A stretch of DNA of 64,000 nt, taken from the NCBI GenBank assembly GCA_015680685.1, contig MNCI01002812.1, positions 724,830 to 788,829 on the forward strand, read 5' to 3'. Under the pieces are notes generated by a model. The model was given only the letters and a program-made list of their open reading frames with translations. It had not been told where the DNA came from and did no database searches. This document shows, in pieces, positions 37,080 to 52,100 of this stretch (its first letter is position 1; the number at the start of each line of letters is the position of its first letter). The DNA comes from Gnetum montanum (Eukaryota; Plantae; Gnetophyta). The translations under genes and the position numbers were made by a program.

Positions 37080-39160
37080 GAAGAACCCCTATTGGCCACT
37101 TGCAACATGATAAACATTATAGAAGTAGTCTACAGTCCAACAAGGCACATAAGAAATAGTTGCATTAAGTGGCTAGACATGAATAACATGCCTAGATTTG
37201 AGGGTGGATACAATGTAGATCCACAACACCATGTTCAAGAATTTCATGATGCCTATGTCCTACAGAACATAGACAGTGACTACTAGAAACTTAACTCATT
37301 TCCTCGAATACTCATCAAGGAGGTAACAAGCTAGTACAAATCCTTAGAACTAGAATCAATTCAAAGATGAAGTACAATGATGAAACTCTTCAATCATAAA
37401 TATCAAAATTACTCATGAGTGTCAAAATTAAGGAAGAAGATTCAAGGATGAAAGCAAGGGACACATGAATCCCTTGATGTAGCAATGGGTAAATACTACA
37501 TAAATGTCCAAGTCATGGATTCTCATAGAAGGAAAAACTAAGGCACATAGTAGATGTATTGAGGAACAAAAATAAAGAGACCCTTGGGGTTTATGCCCAA
37601 GGAAAACTATCGAAGATGACCACCCATCTAATTTAAAGATTAATTTATCAAGTAGTGAAAGAGGAAGGAGAACTCAAGAAGAGAGAGTCAGCTAAAGAGT
37701 ATAGTAGAGATCCATCAATAAGGAAATGTGATGTGTGGATATGTGAAAAGCAAGAGGATGAAACCTTGGGAGATGTTGTCTAGGAAAAGACTCTGACTAT
37801 CCAAAAATCAATTAATGACATAGCAAACTAAGATAGAGAAAATGTAGGATTTAGTAGACGAAAAATTTGCTATAGCCCTAAAGATTGTGGAAGAGAAGAC
37901 TGAATAAGCACTCAATAAGGGCAAGGAAAGGAAGAAGAAAAGAGATTATGGACAAGAAGGTTATAAGCACAAAGGATAATTTACTATCATTGAAGGGTAT
38001 ATTGACTCCAATTTAGAGAAAGAGGAAGGATGTAATGTGTGCCAATATAAGCATCCTAAGGGAAGTTGCCCTGTTATGGCCCACTTGCAAGAATCTAGGG
38101 TATATGCACTCAATCCAAGCTTTGTCAAAAGCATATGTCTAGAAGCCTACCTTATCCTCAAGGTGATATTAGAAAATCTTTCCAACCAACATATTATCCA
38201 AGTGAAGCCTACCCACAACCACAAGAGCAATACCACTAGTAGTGATAGCAACCACAGACATGGGCAATGCCACCACCAAGGGAACAATATCCATACAGAT
38301 GACCAAAGCCCTATGGATATTACATTCAACATCCAATATCTCCAAGGAACTCTTCAGTTCAAACTTCTTCTCCTTATTATCTACCAAAATTCTACAAGCC
38401 TACTACTCTAAGGATGGATCTTAGTCCTTATGCACATGCACCAGTAGCTGGCCCATCAAATCCCCCTTTCAATTCTTTGCCACAAGTGCCACCACCTATC
38501 ATGCAGGGAGAATTGCCATCACAACCTTAGTAGAGAAGTACTAAAAGGGTAATGAATGTATAGAAAGAGGATCATACCAGCAACACTAAAGGAAAATATA
38601 AGAAATGTTGTTTCTTCATGACAAGTCCAAAAAAGGCTAGTAGAATTAGGACTTCATTGAGACAAGTTTCTTCTATGATAGATCCTCCTACCAACACGAT
38701 GCTTGCATGACAATTGAATCAAGAACTTAATACTATCATATGCTAATAGATATGGTATAAGACTGGATTAAGGTAGGACTACTTCTCAAGAAAATAATTT
38801 ATTTGAGAATTCCTTTAATTTATTTACTAGTTGGAAATCTACTGTGCAAGGCTCTATTGCATTCAGGTTCCATAGTAAATTTGATCTCTCAAGAAACATA
38901 CAAGGTATGGAACCTATCACCCTTACAAAAGTGTAACATAAAGTTATAGCTAGCAAACCAATCTATCATCATTTCTTTGGAATAGATAGAAGATGTGGTG
39001 ACCACTATCAATGGGTGGTCTTATCAAAGAGATTTTTTTGTAATCAACATGAAAAATGATTATAGGGAATTTCCTATCATTATGGGAAGAGCATGCCTTA
39101 GCATTGTGGATAGTAAGTTAAGAATTAGAGACTTATTTGTTGAAATGTCTAAGGAAGACA
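37080..39160 (+). pseudogene. Element D gag and aspartic protease remnants
   Basis: MPRFEGGYNVDPQHHVQEFHD..FP..L (gag). ALLHSGSIVNLIS..LANQS..IEDV..DFFVINM..FPIIMGRACL (protease). Confidence 0.85.
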
Positions 39161-41979
39161 AGCAAGGAGCTGATACACAAAGGATTCCATGCATTACTAA
39201 TGATCAAGAAGGATGCAGTTGTGGACCAATACTTTAGAATGTCAACATAATTCTTACACTAGCCCATAATGAATGTGAGAAACAAGTGTGTGTACAAGAA
39301 GGGGCAAGGGCCACTAAACCAAAAGATACCTAGTGGCCAAAAACTGAGAACCTAAAATTATCCAAAACATGCACGAAAACATATAACCCACTTATTAACT
39401 CCTATTCTAATAAAATGACCCAAACTAAGAGCTCACAAATGAAAATATTAAACCATAATCATACACCAGCAAATAGAGGAAATAAGGACATAAAATTTAA
39501 AATTAGGAATCAACAAGAAATAATAGTTATACCTTCTAAAATGGGAAGATCATCTAGTCCAACAAGATATATGTCCTAAAAAGATCAAAATTTGATTACC
39601 ATTAAGATTACATGGGATAATAACCAAAGAACTAAGTCACTAAGGATGGAAAGTGAAAAATCTAGTGTATGATCCAGGGGATTTAGGATCCATTTTTCAA
39701 ACACTCACCCATGAGTTCAATCATGGAAGAGATATCTTATCTTGATGTAGAAATTAATAAGTACTTTTTAAACTTTTTGTTTTACAATTTTTTTTGGTAA
39801 TTTCTTGTTATACTTTTTCATACTTCTTACCAATTTTCACATTCTTTGATATCTTTTCATTCTTTTATACTTTTTCAATTCTTGATCCTTTTCCCATTCT
39901 TTGAGATGTTTACATTCTTTTTATACTTTTCTTATTCTTGCTATTTTTTCAATTTTTACTATCTTTTATAGTTTTTCTATACTTTGCCATTATTTTTTCT
40001 TGTACACATTTTTGTTAACTTTCCAATAAAACACACCAAATAAAGCAAGATGTAGTACCAATAAGGTGAAGATTGCTCTATATTATCAAATCATAAGGGA
40101 TTGATTACCTGTATAATGAGACTACAACACCCATCCATCCATTACAATAATAAGAGGTTCTTACCATGGCCATAATGGCATTCTTCTTATAATAAAACTA
40201 AGAATAAATCTCTAATCATTATTCCTAGACACAAAAGTGAAGTGCCAAGTGGGAATGCAAAGGGTGTGACATCAAGGGGATTTGTGAATTCTCTTGGATT
40301 ACTACTATAAGTCTTATCCTATTACTAAGGATGTACTATATCTTTGTAGATCTAATAAAAAATGGGAGTAAGAGTACAATAAATGCTACCTTACCATGTT
40401 ACCAGCAAGACATGTTACCCATTCCTAAAGATAGTCCTCTAGTAAGATCAACATAATCAAAAATGAAATCCATGCACAAAATGAATTTCTAGGGTTCCAC
40501 TAGAAAGACATGTTACCCATGCTTGAAGGTAGGAAAGTTCTCAGGAATCTTAAAAATAAAAAAGTGTAATGAATAAAATTCTTCTTTGAACAACACACCA
40601 AGTGGTAATACTCCTTACAACAAGTAGTAGTCTTATGGTTGTAAATCCCAAGGATGAAACAATGTGATGTCACTGGAAAGTGGTTTGGAATTGATTTGAA
40701 TCTTGAAAAGAAGGACTAATGATTAATCTAACCACAAACTACACACAAGAATCCATGACGCCTATGGTAAGATACCTCATGTTCCATTTTTAGCAATTCC
40801 TTCTATAGTCCATCTCACCTCACTATCTATTTAATTATAACTTTCTGGTTTTGTGTAATATAGTTTTATTTTCCTAATTTGGTGATACTAACATGTGTAG
40901 TTTTTTAGAAAGATATGTCTTATATTCAACTTCTTAAGTCCCTAAGGACACCTTTAGGCATGGTTATACAAGGGTACTAAGGGCTAGAACCTACTTTAGG
41001 GAGGATCCACTTATATAACTCTTGTATTTCATACTTGGCAAGTAATTCCACATCATTTTCTGCCTTCCAAAATAATCAAGACTCAATAAATACTTCTCAT
41101 ATCATCTAACAATCTATCCATACATCCAAAATGCATAATCCATCTCTTATCCATCCAATAAACTTTCGTTCTTTAAGATTTATTCCTTATGAACTTTGAA
41201 TGAAAAATTCTTGAGAACTATGCATCATTAATGATCTAAGATCCTTTAGAAAAGCTTCACATCTTCCAAACATTCCATTTGACTCATTTTTTTCCAAAAA
41301 ATTGAATGAAAATTTTGACAATATCATAGCTACAACATCATATCCCCTATGATGTTGCATCGATAAAAATAGTATATATACACATGGGAGTTAGTGAAAT
41401 TTTCCATTCCTCTCACTTGTAGCAAGAGATTCTTTTGCAATTTTTTCTCAAAGCTCTTGCATACTAACTTCCCAAGGCAATAACTTTGACTCTATAGCTC
41501 CAATTTTCAAAATTCTTGAACCCTATTGATCCCAAAGTGCTCACATTGATCAATGTGGGAGGGAGGGGGTACACTATGCTAACATTAGAAACTTTGAGCC
41601 AAAATGTTTCTAATGCCCAAAAGATACCATAAAGTGTAAGTATAAAAGATAATAAGAACCTTATAGTTAATCAATCAAACTTAAGCGAGAAAGATTTAGT
41701 TAATTCTTCTAATGAATCATACCAACCATTTTAAGCCATAATAAGCAAGAAAATGATAATTGTGGAAGGTCATAAGTAACTAATGATAGAACACTTAAGG
41801 GATTTCTTTTTAAAAAAATTTCCAACTTTGTAATCATAATAAGATAAGAACTTGATCTAACCAAACATATGAGGAACGTAAACAACTATTAATAACTAAT
41901 GTAAATACATTAATAATTCCAAACTCTTGATGATTGGAGATGGACCTAAAGAGACCAAAAGCTAAAGAACCTTTCCAAC

Positions 41980-43280
41980 ATGGGAGCAAGAGGCAAAGAG
42001 GCTATGGAAGAGGCTCAGTGAGAGAACAAACCTCCCAAGTAGAACATGCAAAGTGAGAGGCTCAATCATATAGCATCCATCAACAAACCCCTACTACCAA
42101 GCACTTAGTCCAAGGAGAAATAGAAGTTCCACTAGTACCTAAACAAGGACAATGCCTCACACTATCATTGGAATGCCTCCATGCCATACAAGAAAAATCC
42201 ATCATGTTCACAGTCATTGTGGAACTAAACTTTGGTTCTTGCATTGAGTTCACTTCACAAGCAATGAAGACACAACTCCAAGCATCTCCTTTATGATTTA
42301 CATTATCCAATAGTAGTGAATGATACCTATAAGTAGGTTAATGCTACATTTAAAATTGAAGGACTCTTTGTATCTTACTCAATAGAGGCAATCACCAAGG
42401 CCCTCAATATTTCAAATGAAGGGGAAAATGTAGCATTGATATCAACAAGATCTAATACTGATGAGAAAAGGTTGTGGTTGCGTAGGACATATGGTAAATT
42501 AGACAAAGATTATAGTGAGCTCATAGCTAAGGAGAAGATATGATTTAAAATTTGCATCTACCATTTATTTTTGACAAAGAGGCTTAATAGGATATCCACA
42601 TATGTCGCTAGAGGAAGTGCAACTTTGATGAGAAAATTCAATGCCAACATCACCCATTTGTTCTTCCTTGAATCCAAAGGTAGTTCAAAGAGAAGAAGGT
42701 AGGGAAGCTAATGCTTCCATTTCCTCACCTAATTAGGAAGCTATGCAAGCAAGCTAGGATCCTAGGGTACATCAATGATGTCCCTAGGAAGGCCCAAAAT
42801 GCTTCTTATGCTGAAATGTTTAAGCCAGTGCCACAAAAGAAACAGCAACTAGAGAAGCCAACAAGCACTAAGGGAGCTACAGGTACCACTCTTACCAGTA
42901 GCATTTTAGCTACTAGTCAACAACAACAATAGTAAGATGTACCACCACCACCACCATAAGATTATTGACCATCCATGAGCCATTTATAGAAAATTGTAGA
43001 AACAATAAGTTGGGGAATAAGGGAGGAGGCCAATTCACATAAAGTACAAGAGAGCTCCATAAGGCACATAGTATTCACAAATCTAGCTAATGGACAAGTA
43101 TCACTCTAAGAAGGAGGAGAGGATGATTGGATGCAATAGATATATGACAATGCTACACCATTTCAGGTTATGCTCAAAACTAGTGAAGGTGCCATAGTTG
43201 TGGTCATGTAACACCAAGATATAGTAGGAGCCATGGAGGTTATCATTGATCACATCAATAAATCCTTATTGTATCACTAG
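41980..43280 (+). pseudogene. Element D 3' extra ORF (Athila 'env-like'/plant transposon protein type)
   Basis: ..IEAITKALNISNEG..MLPFPHLIRKLCKQA resembles the LPFPxLITxLC motif of Athila extra ORFs. Confidence 0.65.
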
Positions 43281-43301
43281 ATAATTTCTTTGAAGCATAG
43301 G

Positions 43302-44834
43302 TGTTGCGATCAAAAAAATTGATTGTTAGAAAATTGATGGATTCAGTGCAATAGCCTCAACTTAAAATCCCTAAGGCCTCTAAAAAATGGAATTCAAGGT
43401 ACCCTGGATAGTTTAATAGATCACCTAGGGACTTACAAAATGCAAAATAGAGGAGTAAAAATAAAATGCAAAAATTGATAATAAATATAAATAATTCATA
43501 GAAAATAAATGAATATATTTTCACACAAAACTAAAAACTTAAAAATTTATTGATAAATAATAAAGAATAAGTTAGAGAAATGTATACAATGGTGCCTGAG
43601 TGGATAGTAGGGGGGTTTCCTTGGATGGGAGTTTAGGGTTCATTGAAGTTGATGTAGTCAACTCCACTATCTGGATGTCTTGCCACTTCTGATGCTATCA
43701 AACCTCTTATGTTGCTACTCCAAATTTGCAATGTTGGCTATGATGGGGGTTGAGTAGTGTTAAGAATCTAAGCTACACAAGTGCTCTACACTGGGAGCTG
43801 GAAATCCCAAGAGTGTAGTGTAAAGCTTGACAACTCACAAGTCTCAGGGGAAATCAGTGGTAATAGAGTTATAATACTTCCACACTAGGATTCAAGAGAA
43901 TGAAAGTGTGGGAGATAGAAAGAGCTCTTGAGTGCTTAAAAACACCTGTGTTTGGAATCGAAAAAAATTGCTAAATTATGTGAAAATTCCTAAAACCAAA
44001 AGTGCTAAACCTATAAATCGTATTTGAGGACGGTTTTTATAGTTTTTTTTGGCCATGAATGGGGCTACAAAATGGTTCTGATTTGGCTATAATTTGGTTG
44101 CACAATGGCTACAAACTAGCTATAATTTTCCTACAAGTTTCTACCTTGTTCAAGTAAGATGAGTGGCCAAATTTGGAGGGTTACCATATATAGTAAGTGT
44201 CTTCCCCCCATGGTCATTCCATTTACTATAAATAGTAACAGGGGCACACCTTCTACACTGGAGATGAATCTTCCATGTTGAGCATTCTACCATGCTTGCT
44301 AAGGTGGTTGGTTAATGTTGAAGTGCATGGAGTGTTGAAATTTTGCTTTTATGGCTTCCACACTAGGTGCATGTAGTTTCCACACTAGTGATGGAGCCTC
44401 CATGCTGGGGGGGAAAAACTTCCATGCTGAGGGGAAATGGTTTTCAAGCTATGCATGTAGTCTCTATGTTGGGGGAAAAATTTTCAAGCTAAGGGAGAAA
44501 CTCCCCACCTCCCTTCCATGTTGGGGGTAGGTGAGATCTATCCCTTACAAGTGTTTCTAGCATAGAAAAATGTGCACCCCCATTAAACCCATTAAATTAC
44601 CATTTTTGACATTCCAGAAGGCATTTTTGACCCCCTTTCCCCAAGCCCAAATTTAGATACTAGGTGATGTTTCTTAGTTAGGGAATGAGGCTTTAACCAC
44701 TTGTGAGGTATTTTTCAACCTCAAAAGTATGGGATATGTGAGATTGCCCTTCATGGATTACAATCCTCACATTTACAATGAAGTTTTACCTTGGGTTTCA
44801 TGGGGTGAAAGCTACATCATGAAAATTGACTATA
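43302..44834 (-). repeat. 3' LTR of element E
   Basis: Begins TGTTGCGATC on plus; homologous to 2749-4166. Confidence 0.85.
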
Positions 44835-45062
44835 ATGGCCCCTCTTCATCGGTGTTTGGAGGATTAACCTGAGAGGCATCGACAAAGAATATAAAATACC
44901 ACTGCATAGTATAATGCTATAATGCATACATGCCACATGAGATGATAAAACCAAGTTATCTAGATCACTAAGGTCACTACTTTAATGTCATGATGGGACA
45001 TGATACTAGTTTAAGGCCCTAGTAAGCTATTGAAAGAAGGCTCACTTGTGAATGATTATTAG

Positions 45063-48000
45063 CTACATGTAATCTGACTTTAGATAGGAATGATTGACCG
45101 AATTGGCTAGCTCATTCCCATCCATGTTGGCTATCCTGAACACTTCATTCTCATAGGCTTTAGTGACAAGGAAGAATCCTTCCTAGTTGGCTAAGAATTT
45201 TTTTACATGCTCATGGATAACTTTGAGGAATAGGTTACCTTTCTTGATCTTACACATCGTCAAACTATGGTGGTGTTTCCACTTCTACCTCTCTTGATAG
45301 TGCTTGATGTAAGAAAGAACTTGCATATATTGCTCCTCCACTAAGTTCAAGGCCATTATCCATAACTCCTTATTCTTCTCATTGTTGATGAAGTCGATCA
45401 AGACTACTCGAAGTGATGTCACCTACAATTCAAGAGGTAAAAAAACTTTAGAACCATAAATAAGGCTATAATGGGTCATGCTAGTTGCCATGCAATAGGT
45501 TGTTCTATATTCCCATAGTACATGGACAAGCTGCTCATGCCACTTATGCTTGTTGTTGTTGAGCATCTTCTTAAGCAAATTGATGATGGCCTTGTTACTT
45601 GCTTCTACTTGTCCATTAGCATGAGGGTAATAAGGCAATGAGAAAGAATTCTTAATCCCTAGGTCATGAAAGAAATCCTTGGTTTCTTGGCTACTAAATT
45701 ATGGTTCATTATCTATAACTATGGTCATGGGTATGAAAAAACTAGCTACAATGTTATCTAGGATGATTTTGTAGACTTTCTCAAATGTAGTCTTGCTTAG
45801 GGGAATAGCCTCAACCTACTTTGTAAAGTATTCAATTGTAGTGATGATGAAGCTATGCCCTGAAAAAGACTTAGGTGTTATAGGTCCAATGATATCACCA
45901 TGTTATTTAAGTGGTATGCAACTTAGTCGATGGTACATGTATGAGGTTGCTATATCATTGGCATGTGTCACACCACTTAACCTTTTGTAGGTAGTCATTT
46001 TCAATATAGACCCAATAGTAGCCTAACCATCTAATCTTAGCAACCATAGCTCTAGGTCCTATATGTCCACAACAAATACCCTCATGAACCTCCTCTAGGA
46101 TTATTCTAGCTTCAGTTTTACCTAAGAACTTTAGGAGCATGCCATCATATGATCATCGACATATTGTGTTATCACCTACGATGACATATTGCTTCAATCA
46201 CTTATGTACAATGTCCTTTTGAGTAGTAGTTAAGCCTTGTGATGATTCACCATGCATAAGGTAAAATTTGATGTCATCATACCATTCCCTAGGAGGAGAA
46301 GTATGCATGATGGCCATAAAGGTATCCTTAACATTCTTCATGATGGAAGTAGCACATTCCATAGTCAAGGTGGGCAACCTACTAAACACATCTAGTGTAA
46401 AACTAAGGGCTAATATTGCAATTGCATCAGCTATGGCATTCTCGTTTCGAGGTATATGCTAGATATTGACATTTACAAATTGTTGCAACAATTGCTTCCC
46501 TAGGTCATAGTAAGGTTGTAAGTGTAGGGCTTTACATGAATAGACTTTGGTTACTTGGTTGACTACAAGTTGTGAATTTCCTTTAATTGTTAAGAATCTA
46601 ATCCATAGGTCATGAGCTACCATCATCCCCTTGATCAAACCTTCATACTTTGCTATGTTATTGGTACATAGAAACTTAAAATGATAGGCGAATGGTTGGA
46701 TTTCACTAAATGGAAACATTATGATGCCAGCAACACTAGCCCCCTGGGCAATTGAAGCTTAGTCAAAGTGCATGACCGCCTCATAATACATAGGCACTTA
46801 GCTAATAGCATTAATGTGTTCATCAGGGAACTCAAGATCTATGGCTACTTAGTCATCAAGAGGTGATATGGTAAGTTGTATGGATATAACTTGACCTTTC
46901 ATTAAGGATTGAGAGACATAATGAAGGTCAAATTTTGCAGTTATGGCTTTCCATCAAGCTATATGGATACTCCTATAGATGTTGGTCATTATGGCTATAA
47001 GTATATTATCCTTGAAAATGATATTGACTTGGCTTCTGAAGAGGTAGTGTCTTCACTTCTTCAATGAGAAGACTAGTGCTAGACAATACTTCTCTACTTT
47101 AGTATCCAGTCTTGTGGGCAACTAATGTATGGCTAAGGTAGTACATTGGCATTTCTGCTCCATCATCTCATTTCTAATAGATTATAGAGGTAATGGATGC
47201 ATTAAAGATGGTAAGGTAAATATAAAATAGTTTACCCTCTTATGGAGGAAAGATTATTGATAGTTGTGCCAGCTCTTACATAAGGTTTTCAAAGGTCTCT
47301 TAACATTCAGCCATCCACACATAGTGAACCCCATTCTTAGGTAAGTGTTGCATGGGCTATAACTTATTCATGAGCTTAGCAATAAACCTATGAATAAACT
47401 GTAATCTGCCTTGTAATCGCTAAAGCTCCTTAAGGTTGGTAGGTGCTCCTAACTTGGATATGGCCTTAACCTTATCAAGATCAACATGTATCCCTACTTC
47501 AAACACTACAAAGCCAAGCATCTTACCAGTCTTAACATCGGAGATACATTTCTTGGGATTGAACCTAAGCTTGTATTTGAGGCATCATTCTAGCACAAGG
47601 TCTAGATCATTAGCATGGTCATTGGCCATTTTGAACTTAACTACTATATCATCTACGTAATCATTAAAGAATCCTAACATGTAATCACTGAAAATATAGG
47701 TCATGACTCTCTAGTAAGTTGCTCCTACATTTGTAAGGCCAAAAGGCATCATGGTATAGCGAAAGGTATCCCAAGAGGTCATGAAGGTCATGCTAAGTTG
47801 TTGCTTTGGGTTAGTCCTAATCTAATTATATCCTAAGAACCAATCCCTAAAGGACAATAAGGCATGTTCAGCTGTAGTATCAATAAGTTGATCAATACTA
47901 GGCAAACTGAAGTCATCCTTGATGGTTGCTTTATTTAGGTCTCAGAAATTAATGCAAACATAGATACATCCATTTTCCTTAGGGACTACCACTATGTTGG

Positions 48001-48519
48001 ACATCCATTTTGCATAGTCAACAACCCAAACCAACTTGTTAGAGCTTTGAGATCTCATTATGAACTGCTAAGGCCAAATTAGATCTAATCTTGTTTACTT
48101 TTTGTTTAACTAGTCTAATGCTAGGGTCTAGTATGATGTTATGCTAGACTAGATGTGGGTCTAGGCCTGGCATATCTTCATATGACTAGGAAAAGACTTT
48201 AATGTTTCTTTGTAGGACCTTGGTGATGTCTTGAACCTATTGAGGTTCTAGTTAGGAACTTAGTTTAAGGGTTTTCTCCTCACCACTACATGTTGTGATA
48301 AGAACCTTAACTACAGAGTCTTCGGTTATGTCTCCTATCTCTAAGTCAAAGGGTTTTGACTAGGTTTTCAAGCCATTCTAGAGGTTTTTCTATTGAGGCT
48401 ATGCGGTCAACAAGACTCTTAGGCTTAGGATCTATGCAATCAAGTTCGATATACTATTCAACATCACCATGAGGTCCATGTATACACAAAGGCAAACTAA
48501 TTTACTCCTAGGTACTCAT
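45063..48519 (-). pseudogene. Element E pol remnant: RT-RH-aRH-INT
   Basis: YTMMPFGLTNVGATY..DYVDDIVVK (RT, YVDD at ~47648-47659). CTNNIAKYEGLI..GNSQLVVNQV (aRH). EVHEGICCGH..CDTC (INT HHCC) and YYPHANGQVEASNK. Confidence 0.96.
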
Positions 48520-49192
48520 ACTTTGTCACATGTTAACCAAAGGCATATTAAGTGACACCTAAGTAAAGATGAATAAATAATGCTAAAATGCTATATAATC
48601 ATATAAATAGATGTTGTTCTAATATAAAAAAGATCATTCAACACTACCCATAGGGTAGTGACAAGAGAACAAACCATAATAGAGGTCAAATAAAGATCAA
48701 ACAAAGGCCAAGCAAGGGGAAGTATAAAGAGTACTACTACAAATCATTAATGTAGCTTGTGGTTTTGCTAGTTTTAGGCCTTGGTAGGCCATGATGCTAG
48801 ATGGTATCAAATGGTGATTAAGGAAGGTCAAACCCCACTATTTGATACCAATCAAAGGCTAAAAAAGGTAAATAGGGCTATAATAAGGCAAATAAATAAC
48901 ATATAAGGCTATATAAAGGTCATAATAAGGTCAACAGGATTGACAATGCAAAACAAAGCTAAAAACAAACCAAAACATCATGTAATAGGGAGAAAATCAA
49001 GCAAAACAGGCTACATATGATGAAATTTGGCTAATATGGATAAAAAGGGTTTAGATTTTGCAAGTTTTAGGCCTTAGTAGGTCATGGTTTAGGGCTACAA
49101 AGCTATTAGGCTAGTTTGGACATCCATCAACACTGTTTCTAGGTTGTTTAAACATGAAAATTGAGAGTTTTGAAGCTTCCATGCTAGGCCCT

Positions 49193-52100
49193 TGTTGGCG
49201 ACCGTTTGGGACATGACTGCCAATGAGTGTCCTTGAATAGGATTTAGGTGCTTACTGGTGTGTCTGGCAACACCAAGGCCCAAATACCTCCAAATAGACT
49301 CAGTAGTTAATGTGAGTATGTGTGTGTGTTGCTGTAGTGTGCTGTTTTGAAAAATGAAATGATTGGGTTGTGTGTAAAACTAAAAATGACTTATCTTAAA
49401 GAGATTCAGCCAACTTTGCCAAGTACTATGAGTTTTTGAGAGTTCCTATTCTATTCAATTGCCTAGTCTATGTGGTCCTTATAATACCTACTTGTAATAA
49501 ATAAAATTTTGCAAAAACATTTGAGCACAACTCTGGGAATCTACTTCTAATTTCCCCAGAGAAAGAGATAGTTCCACAAGAAAACTAGAAATAGAGCGAG
49601 ATTCAATGGAAACAGAAAAAAGAGAAAAAGAAAACAGATTTGTGTAAAGATCTCAAATGTTTAAACAAAGGTAAAATGATACAAGTAAACACTTCACAAT
49701 AAAGCTATCCCAAATTCAATAACTACGAATTGTTCAAACTTCCAAAGCTCAAATAAGCAATTTCTTCAAGAAAATCCTACTATGCTACCCAAAAAATTGT
49801 TGTGTAAACTATCAGGTACGAGACTCCATTTTGGCTAGATAATGGATGTCAACAATTGCATTCAATAGAACCTTTAAAAGAATTGACAATTTTTGATTGA
49901 AATATCATAGAGATTCACTTTAAAGATAAAAGAAGCTATTCTGGTCCTACAAAAATACCAAATATTTTCTAAACCCTCTTGACTATTGAATCATTCAACG
50001 GCTTGACTACATACAGAGGCTCTCTTACAACAATTTCAATAGTGGTTCTTACACATTGCACAATAATGAAATTTACTACTAAAATTCTCTTAAGGCTTTC
50101 AAACACAAGCTCTTCTATGGAAAAATTTTAATAGAAATTTTCTATCATGCAACAAGAACAATAAGAGCAATCTAAAAATCCCAAAATTACTTGCCAAGCA
50201 TGATACTATGTAAATCACTAGCTAAACAACTTAAACAAAATAAAAACTAATAAACACAACTCACAAAACTATAACAAAGAGGCTGAAATGTTGTCTTTAG
50301 CAAGTCATCTTACAAGCAATCTTTCACAATTTCTTCTTTACAATCTTTCTCCAAGACCTCAAAGTGTGATATCCCTCCCTTCCTACCCTTGAAGCCCTTT
50401 TATAGAGTCTCATAGGTAGTTAGATATTCTAAAATATCTTAGCTAACTTCTCTCCCAAGTAAGGAAGTTATAACTTACCCAATAAGTTAGGAGATATTAT
50501 TTTCCCAACAAGTTAGGAAGTTGTAACTTATACAAAAAGATAGGAGAAAATCATGCTAACATTAACATGTGTAAATATTACAAATATTGCTTTTATAAGA
50601 AACAACCTATATAAAAATAAATCCAAGATCTCCATATTATAAGAGCTTCATACAATTGTCATTTTATTTTTATTTAGGATTTTAATTACCCACTGTGTAT
50701 AAAGCCTTAGTAATTCATTTGAGATAATTAAATTAATGCTAGGTCTTTAATAAGTGCTCCATACAATTGTTGCATGTAAGAAAAATTTGCTGAAATTTCT
50801 TTTTTGCCACCAGACCATATGAAATTAAAATTTTATTTTGTTACTTTGATTTAGCACATTTAGTTTTGTACTTGCTTTCAAACTCATCGACATCGGCTAA
50901 ATAATCTCCTAGTTCTGCTGCTTCAGTTGTGCACCTATCTTGCTGTGTCTTCATGTCTCTGTGACTGCACTTGATGGATCAACAATGGCAATGAAGAATG
51001 CGTTGGCGTCAGGCACTGCTACTATTTTTGGTAAGGTTGTTGTGTGTTCCATAAAAAACTGCAGTCGTTGTATCCTTTGCCGCCGCGCTACCTGTATGAT
51101 TTTTGAAAGCATCTATCATCTCTTGCAACACCTGTTTCCATCCGATTGTTGAAACTGCCTTTGATGAATTGATCTTGGTGAAAAAATTTAAATAGCATAT
51201 ATAATATTCTTTCATTTTCCAAAAGAGATTCAGTAGATCCAGTCAAATAAACGTAAGATGAGAGATAAAATCCCTACTTAAATGCTTATTGAATAACTGC
51301 TTTAGCAAAACTACAATTTCTATGTTGGACGCTTCTGTTGATCTGGACGCCATTGAGCTGGGACATGATGCCATGGAGTAATCTACGGTGCAGGCAAGTG
51401 ACATGGTGATGATTGAATTCCATCTCGCAGAGTGTCAGTTGGCAAGCGACGTCCATGCTGACGGCTAGAGGAGTCACCACGGTGTCGCTTCGGAGGCCCC
51501 TCTCCTGACCACTGCCGCTCCTATGCGGCTCCAGCTGTACACATGGATGACGATGCATGTACAAGGCACCCATGCCCTTGGGGCTATACAGCTTGTGCCC
51601 CGACAGCGACATGAGGCTGATCATCATTTCATCCACGTGCAACGGAATCTTGGCGGCGGCCTGGGCCACGTCCATGTGGAAGAGCACCTTGCTCTCCATT
51701 TCCACCACCACCATTGCCCATCACACACACTACTACTATCATCCGTCATTCTAGCCTCCCCCATTGTTGATGATGCCGCTGAAGAATATATGAGGATTTT
51801 TAGCAGTCGTGATTACTAACAACACCGCTGATGCCAAAATTTTTCTTGCAATAGTAGCCCAAAAGATTCAGCAGCTATGCATCATTCAATCCTTGAAAAT
51901 GCAGGAATAGTTTCCTTTGCCCACCTTAGTCTCTGGCTCTGCATAGCTAAAAACCTGAGCATGGTAGATCTTGGGAGAAGGTCAGGAAGAGCTCTTGTGA
52001 GTCTTTATGGTGGCTTGCTTGGGCTTGAAGCTTATGTGGTGTCTTATAAACATCATTTTTTTTTTGTTTTAATGATTACTTATAGATGTATATTATCTGA

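Larger units (their letters stand above)
35171..43301 (+). mobile_element. Element D: Athila-like element (5' LTR, gag, protease, 3' extra ORF; no RT/RH/INT), cut by element E
   Basis: LTR ~35171-36036 ending ctcatca, related to the C LTR. PBS tgacaccattgtcgagga at 36038-36055. The internal non-coding part resembles that of C. Confidence 0.82.

Noticed and set aside
51286-51714. Functional NFS1 gene or bacterial iscS horizontal transfer
   Set aside because: It is only an internal fragment with conserved glycines mutated and no catalytic Cys. Plant NFS1 explains it without invoking HGT, though only a phylogeny would formally exclude that.
51523-51819. Plus-strand His-rich ORFs
   Set aside because: Shadow frames antisense to the GC-rich NFS1 fragment
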